This document shows positions 1-8,456 of a DNA stretch of 64,000 bases, piece by piece. Origin of the DNA: a virus; IMG/VR virus record IMGVR_UViG_3300048904_000261, one strand, 5' to 3'. A program made the position numbers and the translations under genes. How positions within the stretch are numbered: the first letter of the stretch is position 1; every line of letters begins with the position of its first letter. The notes beneath the pieces were generated by a model that worked only from the letters and a program-made list of their open reading frames with translations, was not told where the DNA came from and did no database searches.

Positions 1-1172
1 ACCGATCGCCGCGCGGCAGCCAGGATCCTTTCGGAATGTTCCTTGGCGCGTTGCTGATCGCTGGCGTACTGGGCTGCCACGTCCGCCGCGGCCGGCGGAG
101 GCGGCGTGGTCGCCGTCGTTGCCGGCGTCCTCGCTTTGCCACCGATCGCCGATGCCGCGAGACTGAGGATGGCGCCCGAGATCGCGCCGATCGAAGCATC
201 CTCCGCGATGCTCGAGAAAAGTTTCCGGTCAGGTTCGTACTTGGCCAGCTTGGAAGCGATGACGTCGCCGGCAACTCCCTGGAAAGAATTCTGGATCGCT
301 TCTTCCAAACTCTCCACCCCCGCGTGGAGTAGGCTTTCCTTCAGCGTGCCTCCGCTCATCTCGTCGAGACGGTTAAGCATCTTGGCCAGTGGTACCGCTT
401 CGGTCATGCCGACCGGCAGGTTCAGGACATAGGCCAACATCCGATCGTGTTCGTTCGCCCCGGCCTTGCGCGCCTCCTCGTACCCCTGCTGCGCCTGGGA
501 GAGCGCGCCCAGGCCAGCGACATTCCCGTAGGAGAGACGGGTCGCCGCCGATTTCATTGCTTCCTGCCCGATCTTCAGCGCGGCTTCACGCGCAATTCCT
601 CCAGTCACCGCCCGCTCGAATGCCCGCGTCCCGATCGCCTGCACCAGCCCCCTCTCCGCCAGGCCGGCGGCACCGCCTCCGACGATGAACGCCGCGCCCG
701 ATGCCACCGCCGCCGGTAGCTTCGTGGCAAAGAAGCTTTTCTCGAGACCTGGGACTTCTTCCGGCGCGATCGCTTCGCCGGCGCGGGTCAGTGCGGTCTC
801 CGTTCCGCCGGGCTCGGTCTCGAAACGCATCGGCACGTATTCCGCATCGGGCACTGAGTAGGTACCGGCAATGCGCGCTGCGCTGCCGACTGCTTCGGGT
901 ATCGCGCCCAGCGTTCTGCTGAACCCGCGCACACCGCTGCCAAAGAATTGTTTCCCGTACTCGCCGATGGTTGGCGGGTAAGGCGTGATTTCCAGTGGTG
1001 CGTTCGGTTGGGGCTGCGCCCGCTTGGTCAGCGTTTGAAGGTCGGAGGCAAAGTCCGGAAAGCGGGTCTTGTAATCGGGGTAATTCGTGTCGATCGATTC
1101 CAGCAATTCAGCATCCGTGCGATCGTCGTTCGGATATTGTTTGCGGAAAGCCTCAATGACACGGTTGGCCAT
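1..1172 (-). CDS. Virion internal/ejection-type protein, N-terminal part; gene continues beyond the left window edge
   Basis: Absent from the ORF track because no stop lies in the window. ATG at 1172-1170 (rc) opens a frame that stays open to base 1 (MANRVIEAFRKQYPNDDRTDAELLESID...AAQYASDQQRAKEHSERILAAARR). Ala/Gly-rich. Last gene of the late chain. Confidence 0.6.
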   Translation of the reverse strand, partial: MANRVIEAFRKQYPNDDRTDAELLESIDTNYPDYKTRFPDFASDLQTLTKRAQPQPNAPLEITPYPPTIGEYGKQFFGSGVRGFSRTLGAIPEAVGSAARIAGTYSVPDAEYVPMRFETEPGGTETALTRAGEAIAPEEVPGLEKSFFATKLPAAVASGAAFIVGGGAAGLAERGLVQAIGTRAFERAVTGGIAREAALKIGQEAMKSAATRLSYGNVAGLGALSQAQQGYEEARKAGANEHDRMLAYVLNLPVGMTEAVPLAKMLNRLDEMSGGTLKESLLHAGVESLEEAIQNSFQGVAGDVIASKLAKYEPDRKLFSSIAEDASIGAISGAILSLAASAIGGKARTPATTATTPPPPAAADVAAQYASDQQRAKEHSERILAAARRS

Positions 1173-1205
1173 GGGTCAGACTATTCGCCGAAAGCGAACA
1201 TCCGG

Positions 1206-2954
1206 TCAACGCACAATCTCGGATGGAACGTCGATGACAGGCCCGGCGCGTGGAGGCCAAACGTCGAAAGGCAATCCAGCTCCGCCGCCGCCTGTCCTCT
1301 GGATTTCGCGCTCGTTGTAGATCCGCTGGAGATCTTCGACGGGTACCACGTCCAGATTCAGTCCGCGCTCAAGGTCCGGATACTTCAGCCGGATCGCCTG
1401 GCGGAGGCGCGCGGCGCGCACCGCTCGAGCGTTCATAACTTCGGGGGCCGGCGCCGTCAAAGCAACTTCAGCCGGGCTCGGAGAGAGTCGGACGGTGCTT
1501 GGCGGTGGACCACCAATAAGCCCAAAACTCGGGGCAGCCCGCATGTATCCCATCATCGGCCCGATCTCAGCCGGTACTGGTACGGTCCGATTAACGGATG
1601 CCATGTCTTCGGCACCGAATGCAGCGTTGCCAGCGGCAGTGCCAAGGCCAGGAATGACGGCGGCAGGCATGGCCCTTGGTGCAGGCGGATTCACAGCGGA
1701 AAATAATGGAGGCACGTCCTGGTCCGCACCGCCAAGATCACCAACTGATAGAGCCAGGGGGATTCCAGGTCCAAATAGGAATTCGCCAGCACTCGCCAAG
1801 TTGCTTCCAACCCTGCCAGCAATATCACTTGGCCGCACGCTCAACGCCGATCTTGCATTCCACAGAGCGGGAATGAGCCCGCGTTGCTTCACCTCCAGAC
1901 CGAACGGCATCACCTCGGCTGGCGTGCGTAGGGTAGCTGGCGCGCCCGCGGCAGCAGGTGCGCCAGCTTTGGTTGGCGCGGCAGCGCCGGCGGCACCCGG
2001 CTTTGCCGACTTCGAAAAATCAAGAGCGCCTTCGCCTTTACCTTTTCCACCTCCGCCGATGTCTGAGGGCATGTCCTCACCGATCTGCCGGCTGTATTCA
2101 GGGATCGCCGAAGCGTAACCCGGCCGCGAGATTAGAACCTCGAAAGCTTTAGAAGCCGCGCTGCTTTGAGCTTCCAATCGTTTCACCTCGATCTGTTGCC
2201 TGGGCTCCAGAAAAGTCACGGCGCCTTTAGTCGCAGCGGTGTCATGCTCCAGATCGTACGTCGTGCGCAACGTCCTGCCAGCATCGCCTTTTAGCTGAGC
2301 GAGAATGGCGTCTCGTTCAGCCGGAGTCTTCGCGGCCGCAAGCTGCGAACGGCGCTTTGGATCCTGCTCGGTCGCCAGCACACGTTGCCACGCGTAATCG
2401 GAGAGGCGCTGCGCATAGGTTCCGGCTGCCTCCTTGGCGATGTCGTTGATCTGATTGACGTAACCCTGAGCGCGACGATCTTCCCGGACCAAGTGGCCGG
2501 CCCTGATCTCGATTGCCTTGGGTTGCGCCCGTTCGATGTATTGATCGTCGGTCTCGTCTTTCTTCCTGGTGATTCCAAGCTCCAGGAAATCTCCGATGAG
2601 CGCCTGCTTCTCCCGATCGCTCTGCACCCTGCCGCGCGCCTGCTCGGCGATCTCCGCAACTTTGATCCGGCTGCGCCCCTCCTCCTGTGTGCGTTCCATC
2701 GCGCCTTTTTCCCTGGCAGCTTCGATCTCAGCCGCCGCTCTCTGTGTCGAGCTGATGATCTCTTTCTGCCCGGCGAGATGGGACGCGGCCTGGCGCTCGG
2801 CGAATAGCTGTTGCTCCGCCTGCTGCTGCTGGATGAAGCGTTGCTGCGCCTGGTACCTGGCAAGGTCCACGAGGCCGGCGGAGTAGTCATCCACCGGATT
2901 GCGCCGGGACCGTTCCAGATCCTTCTGCAAAAGAATTTCGTATTGGGTCGCCAT
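1206..2954 (-). CDS. Virion-associated protein, coiled-coil N-terminal half with Gly/Ala/Pro-rich centre (internal virion protein candidate)
   Basis: 582-aa ORF. Q/E/R-rich stretch QQQQAEQQLFAERQAAS and low-complexity PGAAGAAAPTKAGAPAAAGAP. Position after the fibre genes resembles the T7-type internal protein block. Confidence 0.55.
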   Translation of the reverse strand: MATQYEILLQKDLERSRRNPVDDYSAGLVDLARYQAQQRFIQQQQAEQQLFAERQAASHLAGQKEIISSTQRAAAEIEAAREKGAMERTQEEGRSRIKVAEIAEQARGRVQSDREKQALIGDFLELGITRKKDETDDQYIERAQPKAIEIRAGHLVREDRRAQGYVNQINDIAKEAAGTYAQRLSDYAWQRVLATEQDPKRRSQLAAAKTPAERDAILAQLKGDAGRTLRTTYDLEHDTAATKGAVTFLEPRQQIEVKRLEAQSSAASKAFEVLISRPGYASAIPEYSRQIGEDMPSDIGGGGKGKGEGALDFSKSAKPGAAGAAAPTKAGAPAAAGAPATLRTPAEVMPFGLEVKQRGLIPALWNARSALSVRPSDIAGRVGSNLASAGEFLFGPGIPLALSVGDLGGADQDVPPLFSAVNPPAPRAMPAAVIPGLGTAAGNAAFGAEDMASVNRTVPVPAEIGPMMGYMRAAPSFGLIGGPPPSTVRLSPSPAEVALTAPAPEVMNARAVRAARLRQAIRLKYPDLERGLNLDVVPVEDLQRIYNEREIQRTGGGGAGLPFDVWPPRAGPVIDVPSEIVR

Positions 2955-2957
2955 GGC

Positions 2958-4031
2958 TCAGTATCCAAGGTCTGCGCCGACGAAGGCCGCATCGCCGGCT
3001 GCTGTGCCCAGGCCAGCCCCGTAATCAATGGTGTCCGCGTACCCATTGTAAGGCGTGTAACCGGGGTAACCTGCTGCGCTTCCACCGCCGTAACCGTACT
3101 GCTGTGCTGCGGGATAACCAGAACGCCAGCCGCCATTGTTGCCGTACTGGTTGGCGAGATTCCGGTTCAGGAAATATCTGCCGGCTGTGTTGCCAGCTTC
3201 CGCCCCCGCGTTGGCCAGGATCTGTCCGATGCTGGCATTGGGTTGGATCCACGGCGCCATCTCGGGCCGGCCGGGTTGCCCCACGCCGATCCTGAAATAA
3301 TCCAGCGGCGACAATTCGCCGCGGGAGATTGCCCCGGCCACGTCCGCCGGAAGAGTTTCGAACCGGATCGCCTGCGCGGCCAGTGCGCCCGCCAGCTCGG
3401 GGCTTTGCAGTTCCAGCTTCAGGATCTCGTCTCGGATCGATTGCCGTTCCTGGGCGTTCTGCAGCTCGGCCGTCGCCCTTGCCGCGCCCGCTGCCTGGTT
3501 CCCCTCGATGGACGTGCGGAAGGCAAGATTCTCCGCCGCGCTGCCGCTCCCCACAAACCCTTTGCCAGCATTCGACGCGCTGATGGCGTTGAGCCGGTCC
3601 CTGATTCCCTTGTAGATCCCGGTCGCCGTCGTGTCCGCCAGCGCAGTGCGCGCCTGGAACGTAGGCTCGGCATTGGCGAGCCGCCGCCGTTCCAGATCTC
3701 CGCTGAAAATTCCGTAGGCAGCCTTGGTGCCTTCATCCAGGAGCGGTTTGTACCGCCCGGCGACGGCGGCTCCTCGCGCAACCACGTCCGCCGGATTGCC
3801 GTAGTAATCCTTGAGCGCTCTGGAAACGTCGGCGGAGTCGGTCGCGAATTCCTTTTCGGTACCGCCAAGGTATTCAGGAAGGATGGCGTGGCCGGTTGAC
3901 CCGCGGGACTGGGCGAATTGATCCGCCAGAAGCTGGTTGTATTCCCTGGCCTGCTGGGCCTGGGCCTGGGTAGCCCGGTTCTGAGCCTTTGACGAAAGGA
4001 TCGCGCCAACCGTTCCACTCACGATGCTCAT
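2958..4031 (-). CDS. Virion-associated protein with Gly/Tyr-rich C-terminus (internal virion protein candidate)
   Basis: 357-aa ORF. Start overlaps the stop of the upstream GNAT gene (ATGA at 4031-4028). C-terminus is GGWRSGYPAAQQYGYGGGSAAGYPGYTPYNGY. Confidence 0.5.
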   Translation of the reverse strand: MSIVSGTVGAILSSKAQNRATQAQAQQAREYNQLLADQFAQSRGSTGHAILPEYLGGTEKEFATDSADVSRALKDYYGNPADVVARGAAVAGRYKPLLDEGTKAAYGIFSGDLERRRLANAEPTFQARTALADTTATGIYKGIRDRLNAISASNAGKGFVGSGSAAENLAFRTSIEGNQAAGAARATAELQNAQERQSIRDEILKLELQSPELAGALAAQAIRFETLPADVAGAISRGELSPLDYFRIGVGQPGRPEMAPWIQPNASIGQILANAGAEAGNTAGRYFLNRNLANQYGNNGGWRSGYPAAQQYGYGGGSAAGYPGYTPYNGYADTIDYGAGLGTAAGDAAFVGADLGY

Positions 4032-4477
4032 AGGGCTTTCAGGTAATTGCTTTCGATGAGGCGATACCCCAGCCGAAGGTAAAGCTGACCGAGTGCTTCT
4101 GGTTGCAATTTTTGCAGGTGAATCATGCAGATAAAATCCGCCCCGCGTTCAGCCGCCCATGCTTCGAATGCTCGAAGGAGTTTGATCCCATGCCCTCGAT
4201 GATCGGGCAAGACGTACCAGAAAAGTTCAATCGCGCTGACTGTTTCATTGAACGGACTTGGGGCGAGAACGGCACCGAGCGCCCCGGTGATGACCTTCTT
4301 ATCCCCTTGAAGCTCGAATGAGGCAAGCACCATTCCGCGGCCGGATTCGATCAGGTCGGTGAACGTGGTCAGGAATACCGTGGCATCAAACCCGCCGGGC
4401 ATCTTCCCCTCCTCGAAGAAAAGCCGGCCGCCCTCAATACACAAGTGGAGCTGTTCTGGCTTTAAGCGCTCGATCAT
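4028..4477 (-). CDS. GNAT-family N-acetyltransferase
   Basis: 149 aa. Acetyl-CoA motif A-like VLPDHRGHGIKLLRAFEAWAAERGADFI (R-x-x-G-x-G/A) at the expected position. Confidence 0.7.
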   Translation of the reverse strand: MIERLKPEQLHLCIEGGRLFFEEGKMPGGFDATVFLTTFTDLIESGRGMVLASFELQGDKKVITGALGAVLAPSPFNETVSAIELFWYVLPDHRGHGIKLLRAFEAWAAERGADFICMIHLQKLQPEALGQLYLRLGYRLIESNYLKAL

Positions 4478-4946
4478 GTTCCTCGCTCAACGGTGGGCCG
4501 ATCCAATTTGTTTCAACGCTTTTCGGAGTCCCTTGCAGCCAGTGCTGAATGGACAGGAACGCGCCGCCGGTCTCTCCGAAGGTTGCACCGTGCAGCATTC
4601 CCGGGATGACGCGAAGGGCTCTGCCACGATGAGACGATAGGTTGTCCGAAGTCTTTACCACACTCCCGCGTTCCCACGCGTCCTTGCCGTCCAGCCGGAA
4701 ATAAATCTCGCCGGTCAGGTAAACGAGGATCGTGTCCACGTCCGGATGCCGGTGATCGGGGATCTCCGCGAAGGATTTCCCCAGCCCGAGCTGCACCTGG
4801 TATTGGCCCTGCCGGTAGAGAACGAGTTGGGCGAAATCGCCGACGAACGCCGCGCCTTCAAAGGGGCACGACAGAATCATTGGCTGCTGGTGGAACCACG
4901 AAGCGAATTGCTCCAGGTAATCAAGTGGTCGGAATTGCTCGCTCAT
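4434..4946 (-). CDS. Cupin-fold protein
   Basis: ORF 4434..4979. The likely start is the internal ATG at 4946 (MSEQFRPLDY). Cupin motif 1 is PDHRHPDVDTILVYLTGE and motif 2 is RVIPGMLHGATF. Confidence 0.6.
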   Translation of the reverse strand: MSEQFRPLDYLEQFASWFHQQPMILSCPFEGAAFVGDFAQLVLYRQGQYQVQLGLGKSFAEIPDHRHPDVDTILVYLTGEIYFRLDGKDAWERGSVVKTSDNLSSHRGRALRVIPGMLHGATFGETGGAFLSIQHWLQGTPKSVETNWIGPPLSEEHDRALKARTAPLVY

Positions 4947-5697
4947 TGAAATACTTCTCCTGATGTCGGAAGGCGCCATTCAGCAGCTCCGGGTTCGCGA
5001 AGACGGCGCGGTGCTTCTCGCTGATGCCTGGGATCGCCTCCTCTGCAAGATCGCTGTAGGTGCCAGCGTGAAGGTGATCGAAGGCGGCATTCTGTTGGTC
5101 GTTGAACTTCTGTCCGCCGATGCAGTGATAAAGCTGCGCGCACGTGTCGTAAAGATAATGGCGGACCAGCCCGCAGTTTTCCCTGTGTGAATGCAGGACC
5201 GGCGCGAAGTAAGAGATCGGAGTTTTGCATGGGTGTCTCTCGCTCAGCGCGTCGATCGTCCGGATCCCATTCCTGATCATCACCGGATTCATCCAGAGCA
5301 ATGACGTGTGCAGCCGGCCATGGGTGATCCTTCGGGTGAAAGCATCAACGAATTCGGGGATCCACCGTCCGGCAATCGGCGCGTCGAACGTCCAAGTCTC
5401 AACCGCATTGTGTAACACAATGTCCGTGTCGCAAATCCAGAATGGTTCCGCACCCACCCGAACCTTGGTTTCAATCCAGGTGTGGTGCTGCATGAATTCG
5501 TAAGGAAGGTACACCGACGCGTTGACCCGCTTCGCCGCCTCGTGAAGCTCGGTCCAATCGACGTTTTTGTTCGGGTTGCACCGGACCATGATCCTGGCGG
5601 TTGGGAACCCAACGCGGATGGTGTCGAAGACAAGCAGGGTTGCCGGCATCAGCTCCGGCTTCCTGCAGGTTGCAAGGATGTGGACTACGGTGCTCAC
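4921..5697 (-). CDS. Glycosyltransferase-like protein (GT-A-type DxD candidate)
   Basis: 258 aa. An N-terminal beta-alpha pattern is followed by WICDTDIVLH (DxD-like). Overlaps both neighbours. Contains an orphan junction-motif copy at 5407-5421. Confidence 0.4.
   Translation of the reverse strand: MSTVVHILATCRKPELMPATLLVFDTIRVGFPTARIMVRCNPNKNVDWTELHEAAKRVNASVYLPYEFMQHHTWIETKVRVGAEPFWICDTDIVLHNAVETWTFDAPIAGRWIPEFVDAFTRRITHGRLHTSLLWMNPVMIRNGIRTIDALSERHPCKTPISYFAPVLHSHRENCGLVRHYLYDTCAQLYHCIGGQKFNDQQNAAFDHLHAGTYSDLAEEAIPGISEKHRAVFANPELLNGAFRHQEKYFNERAIPTT
5407..5421. repeat. Junction-motif copy (perfect palindrome) inside the GT-like gene
   Basis: ATTGTGTAACACAAT followed by G. Identical to the copy at 48044. 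Encodes I-V-L-H-N on the minus strand. Confidence 0.8.
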
Positions 5698-6665
5698 TGC
5701 GACAGCTCGGTGATGGTCATGGTGCTGCTCAACACCCCACCGAACTTGGCGCCCACTGCGCTTTGATTGACGAAGACTGTCGGGGATCCGGATGGATTCG
5801 TCGAACCGAACCGGACCTTGTAGGTGCGCGCGGTCGTGCTGCCGGCGTCGATGATCGCCATGAGATTCGCTTCGTTGTCGAAGTTGGCCGGGATGCTCGT
5901 CATGGATGCGGCGATCGCGAACTGGTCCGAATCCACGAACAAGGCGATGACGAAGGATGTCCCCACGTCCGCCGCCGCCTGCATGAAGACTTCGATCAGC
6001 AGCTTGGATGTCGCCTTCTTTGGCGTGTAGGTGATGTCCAGGTCCGCGAACGCTTTCCCTTCGGTGTTCTCCGGTACCGTGTTGTCGTAAGGGATGATTG
6101 TCGCCGTGCTATCCAGGGTTACTGACGTCGCGCTTACGATATTCGATGGCGTCCCGGGATCCACTGTTGGGAACGTGGAGATGATCTGGAAGTTGGTGCC
6201 GTCGTAGGCCAGCAGGTGGATGCTGCCGGCGATGATCTCTCCGCCGATCAACGCTTCGCCTGTCATCTTCTTCACGTCCTTGGCGCCTTCGCTGTTCACG
6301 TCCAGGCTAACCGCTCCCGTGTTCGCGTTCGTGAATTTGACGATGCAGAAGAAGGTCGTCGCCGCGCCGTCGCCGTAATCGAAATTGCCGGTGGGATTGA
6401 ACGTCACCGTGTAGTTATCCACGCCGCTTGCCACCCCGTAGAAATTCGCAAACCAATCCAGCTTGGCCTGGGTCACCGCGCGGTCTTTGATGGAGGCTGT
6501 CCCAACCGAATCGTTCTTGAGCGTCCCATCCGCGTTGAAGACAATCTCGAAAAGCTTTGCCAACCCATCGGCGAAGTCGCGCAGCAGCTTTAGGTTGTCG
6601 TCGTGCTCTTCGCTGGTGAGCGGGGAACCCTTCGGTATTCTCAGGGTCAGAGGAGGAACTTGCAT
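5694..6665 (-). CDS. Tail fibre-like protein
   Basis: 323 aa. N-terminal PLTSEEHDDNLKLL, then SIKDRAVTQAKL and SLDVNSEGAKDVKK...LLAYDGTNFQI, patterns common in phage fibre proteins. GGAG lies 5 nt upstream of the ATG. Confidence 0.6.
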   Translation of the reverse strand: MQVPPLTLRIPKGSPLTSEEHDDNLKLLRDFADGLAKLFEIVFNADGTLKNDSVGTASIKDRAVTQAKLDWFANFYGVASGVDNYTVTFNPTGNFDYGDGAATTFFCIVKFTNANTGAVSLDVNSEGAKDVKKMTGEALIGGEIIAGSIHLLAYDGTNFQIISTFPTVDPGTPSNIVSATSVTLDSTATIIPYDNTVPENTEGKAFADLDITYTPKKATSKLLIEVFMQAAADVGTSFVIALFVDSDQFAIAASMTSIPANFDNEANLMAIIDAGSTTARTYKVRFGSTNPSGSPTVFVNQSAVGAKFGGVLSSTMTITELSQ

Positions 6666-6674
6666 GGCTCCGGA

Positions 6675-8285
6675 TTAGATACCTTCCCCGTTTTGTTGTC
6701 CAGCAGCCAGAACGCGCTTGATAGTCTTCAACAATTCCTCGATCGGGACTGGTTTCTTCAATACGGTCTCGCCTTCGAGTTCTTCAGGCAAGTCTGCTAT
6801 GCCTGATAAGAAGATGACCGGGAGATGGAACCCCTGCGCTCTGAGGTTCCGGACGATTTCCCGCCCGCACATGATCGGCATGAACAGGTCGGTGATCAGC
6901 AGGTCGATTTTTTCGCCCGTCCTAAAATACGCCAGCGCTTCGGGACCGTGGCCGGCGGTCATCGTCTTGAATCCACGCCCGTCCAGGTGCATCGCGATCG
7001 CCGTCCTGAACAGTTGCTCGTCGTCCACGAGAACGATTGTCTTCCCGGTGCCATCAACAATTTCCCGCGGCTGATCATCCTGCTTCGCATACAGCGGCAG
7101 ATAAACGCTGAAGGTTGTTCCGACGCCAGGCTCCGAGTTCACCGTGATGTCGCCGCCGTGGTCCTTCAGAATTTCGGAGACGATATGCAGACCGAGCCCA
7201 GTGCCATTCCCGCCCTTCTTGGTCGTGTAGAAGGGCTCAAAGACATGCGGCAAGATGCTCTGCGGAATACCCTGCCCGGTGTCGCGGACGGTGAACATGA
7301 CATACGGCTGGACCGAACTGCTGCCTTCCTTCGAGATCCGGATGTTCCTGGCGCCTAGGTGCAGATCGCCTCCGTTGGGCATGGCGTCCCGCGCGTTCAC
7401 GCACAGGTTTAGGAATACCTGGTAAAGCTGAGTCGTGTCACACTTCACGCTGCCGGTTTCCACGTCGGTTTGGCTGCTGATTTGCAGGTTTGTCGCGAAG
7501 CTTTTCTCGCGAATCGTGCGCCCGATTTCAGTCAGAAGATATTCGGCGGTGACAACCTTGTAGGGGGAACCTTCGGATCCCTTGGCGAAGGCCGTCATCT
7601 GCTTGACCATCTCTCCGCCGCGCATCGCATTTCCATGAATCAGGCTGATCAAATGCTCTGACTCCTCGACAAGCTCTAATCCTTTGACATTGAGTTCGAC
7701 GGTGATCAATTTAAGCAAGTCGGCAAACAGCCGGCGCAGCAGCTCGGCGCCGGCGGCGATGCCACCCAGCATGTTGTTCATGTCGTGAGCCACGCCAGCC
7801 AGGAGGAAACCCAACAGCTCGAGCCGCTGCGCCTTGATCTGTTTCTGGCGTTGCTCAATTTTCAGCCGCTCCTCCTCCTTTTGTTTCAACGCGTCTTGCC
7901 TGCGCATCCACGCCTTCTCCACCGCCGACACCAATCTGGCCGGCCGATCCTTCAAAATATAATCCGCGGCCCCGTACTGGCAGGCGACTGAAGCCGCCTG
8001 GTCATCTCCAAAACTGCCCGTCAGAATGATCACAGGAATTTCTGGATGCAGTTTTCTGATCGTCACCAGGGCTTCTTCCGCAGAAATCCCAGGCACTCTG
8101 CAATCCAGGAGGATGATGTCGATGTCGAGGTTTTCTCCCAGCATTTGGCGGAAACTGTCTCCCTGATTTGCATTGAAGAATTCGATCCCGTCGATGTTAT
8201 CCGCTCGAAAGTCTCGAAGCCGTCTCTTGAATTGTTCAATGTCCTCCTGATTGTCTTCCACGAACAATATTTTGAGGTGCTTCAT
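6675..8285 (-). CDS. Hybrid histidine kinase/response regulator (REC-HisKA-HATPase_c-REC), no TM or sensor domain
   Basis: 536 aa. REC1 has DIILLDCRVPG and ADYILKD. H-box is GVAHDMNNML. N-box is NLCVNARDAM, G1 is DTGQGI, F is FEPFYTTK and G2 is GTGLGLHIV. REC2 has VLVDDE and DLLITDLFMP. The gene is visibly AT-richer than its neighbours. Confidence 0.9.
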   Translation of the reverse strand: MKHLKILFVEDNQEDIEQFKRRLRDFRADNIDGIEFFNANQGDSFRQMLGENLDIDIILLDCRVPGISAEEALVTIRKLHPEIPVIILTGSFGDDQAASVACQYGAADYILKDRPARLVSAVEKAWMRRQDALKQKEEERLKIEQRQKQIKAQRLELLGFLLAGVAHDMNNMLGGIAAGAELLRRLFADLLKLITVELNVKGLELVEESEHLISLIHGNAMRGGEMVKQMTAFAKGSEGSPYKVVTAEYLLTEIGRTIREKSFATNLQISSQTDVETGSVKCDTTQLYQVFLNLCVNARDAMPNGGDLHLGARNIRISKEGSSSVQPYVMFTVRDTGQGIPQSILPHVFEPFYTTKKGGNGTGLGLHIVSEILKDHGGDITVNSEPGVGTTFSVYLPLYAKQDDQPREIVDGTGKTIVLVDDEQLFRTAIAMHLDGRGFKTMTAGHGPEALAYFRTGEKIDLLITDLFMPIMCGREIVRNLRAQGFHLPVIFLSGIADLPEELEGETVLKKPVPIEELLKTIKRVLAAGQQNGEGI

Positions 8286-8456
8286 TGTCCATTAGCGTGA
8301 CACCTTAACCGTGAGAAGCAACCGATTCCTTTGTGAAATGCCTGCTGGCACGCCTTCCGCTCACACACCAATGCCGGTCCTCATAGCCGGCGCGATTCAG
8401 TCTTGTTGCCTTCAACCATGGGGCGGTGAGCCTTGACAGCTTGCCGCCCTCCCGCC

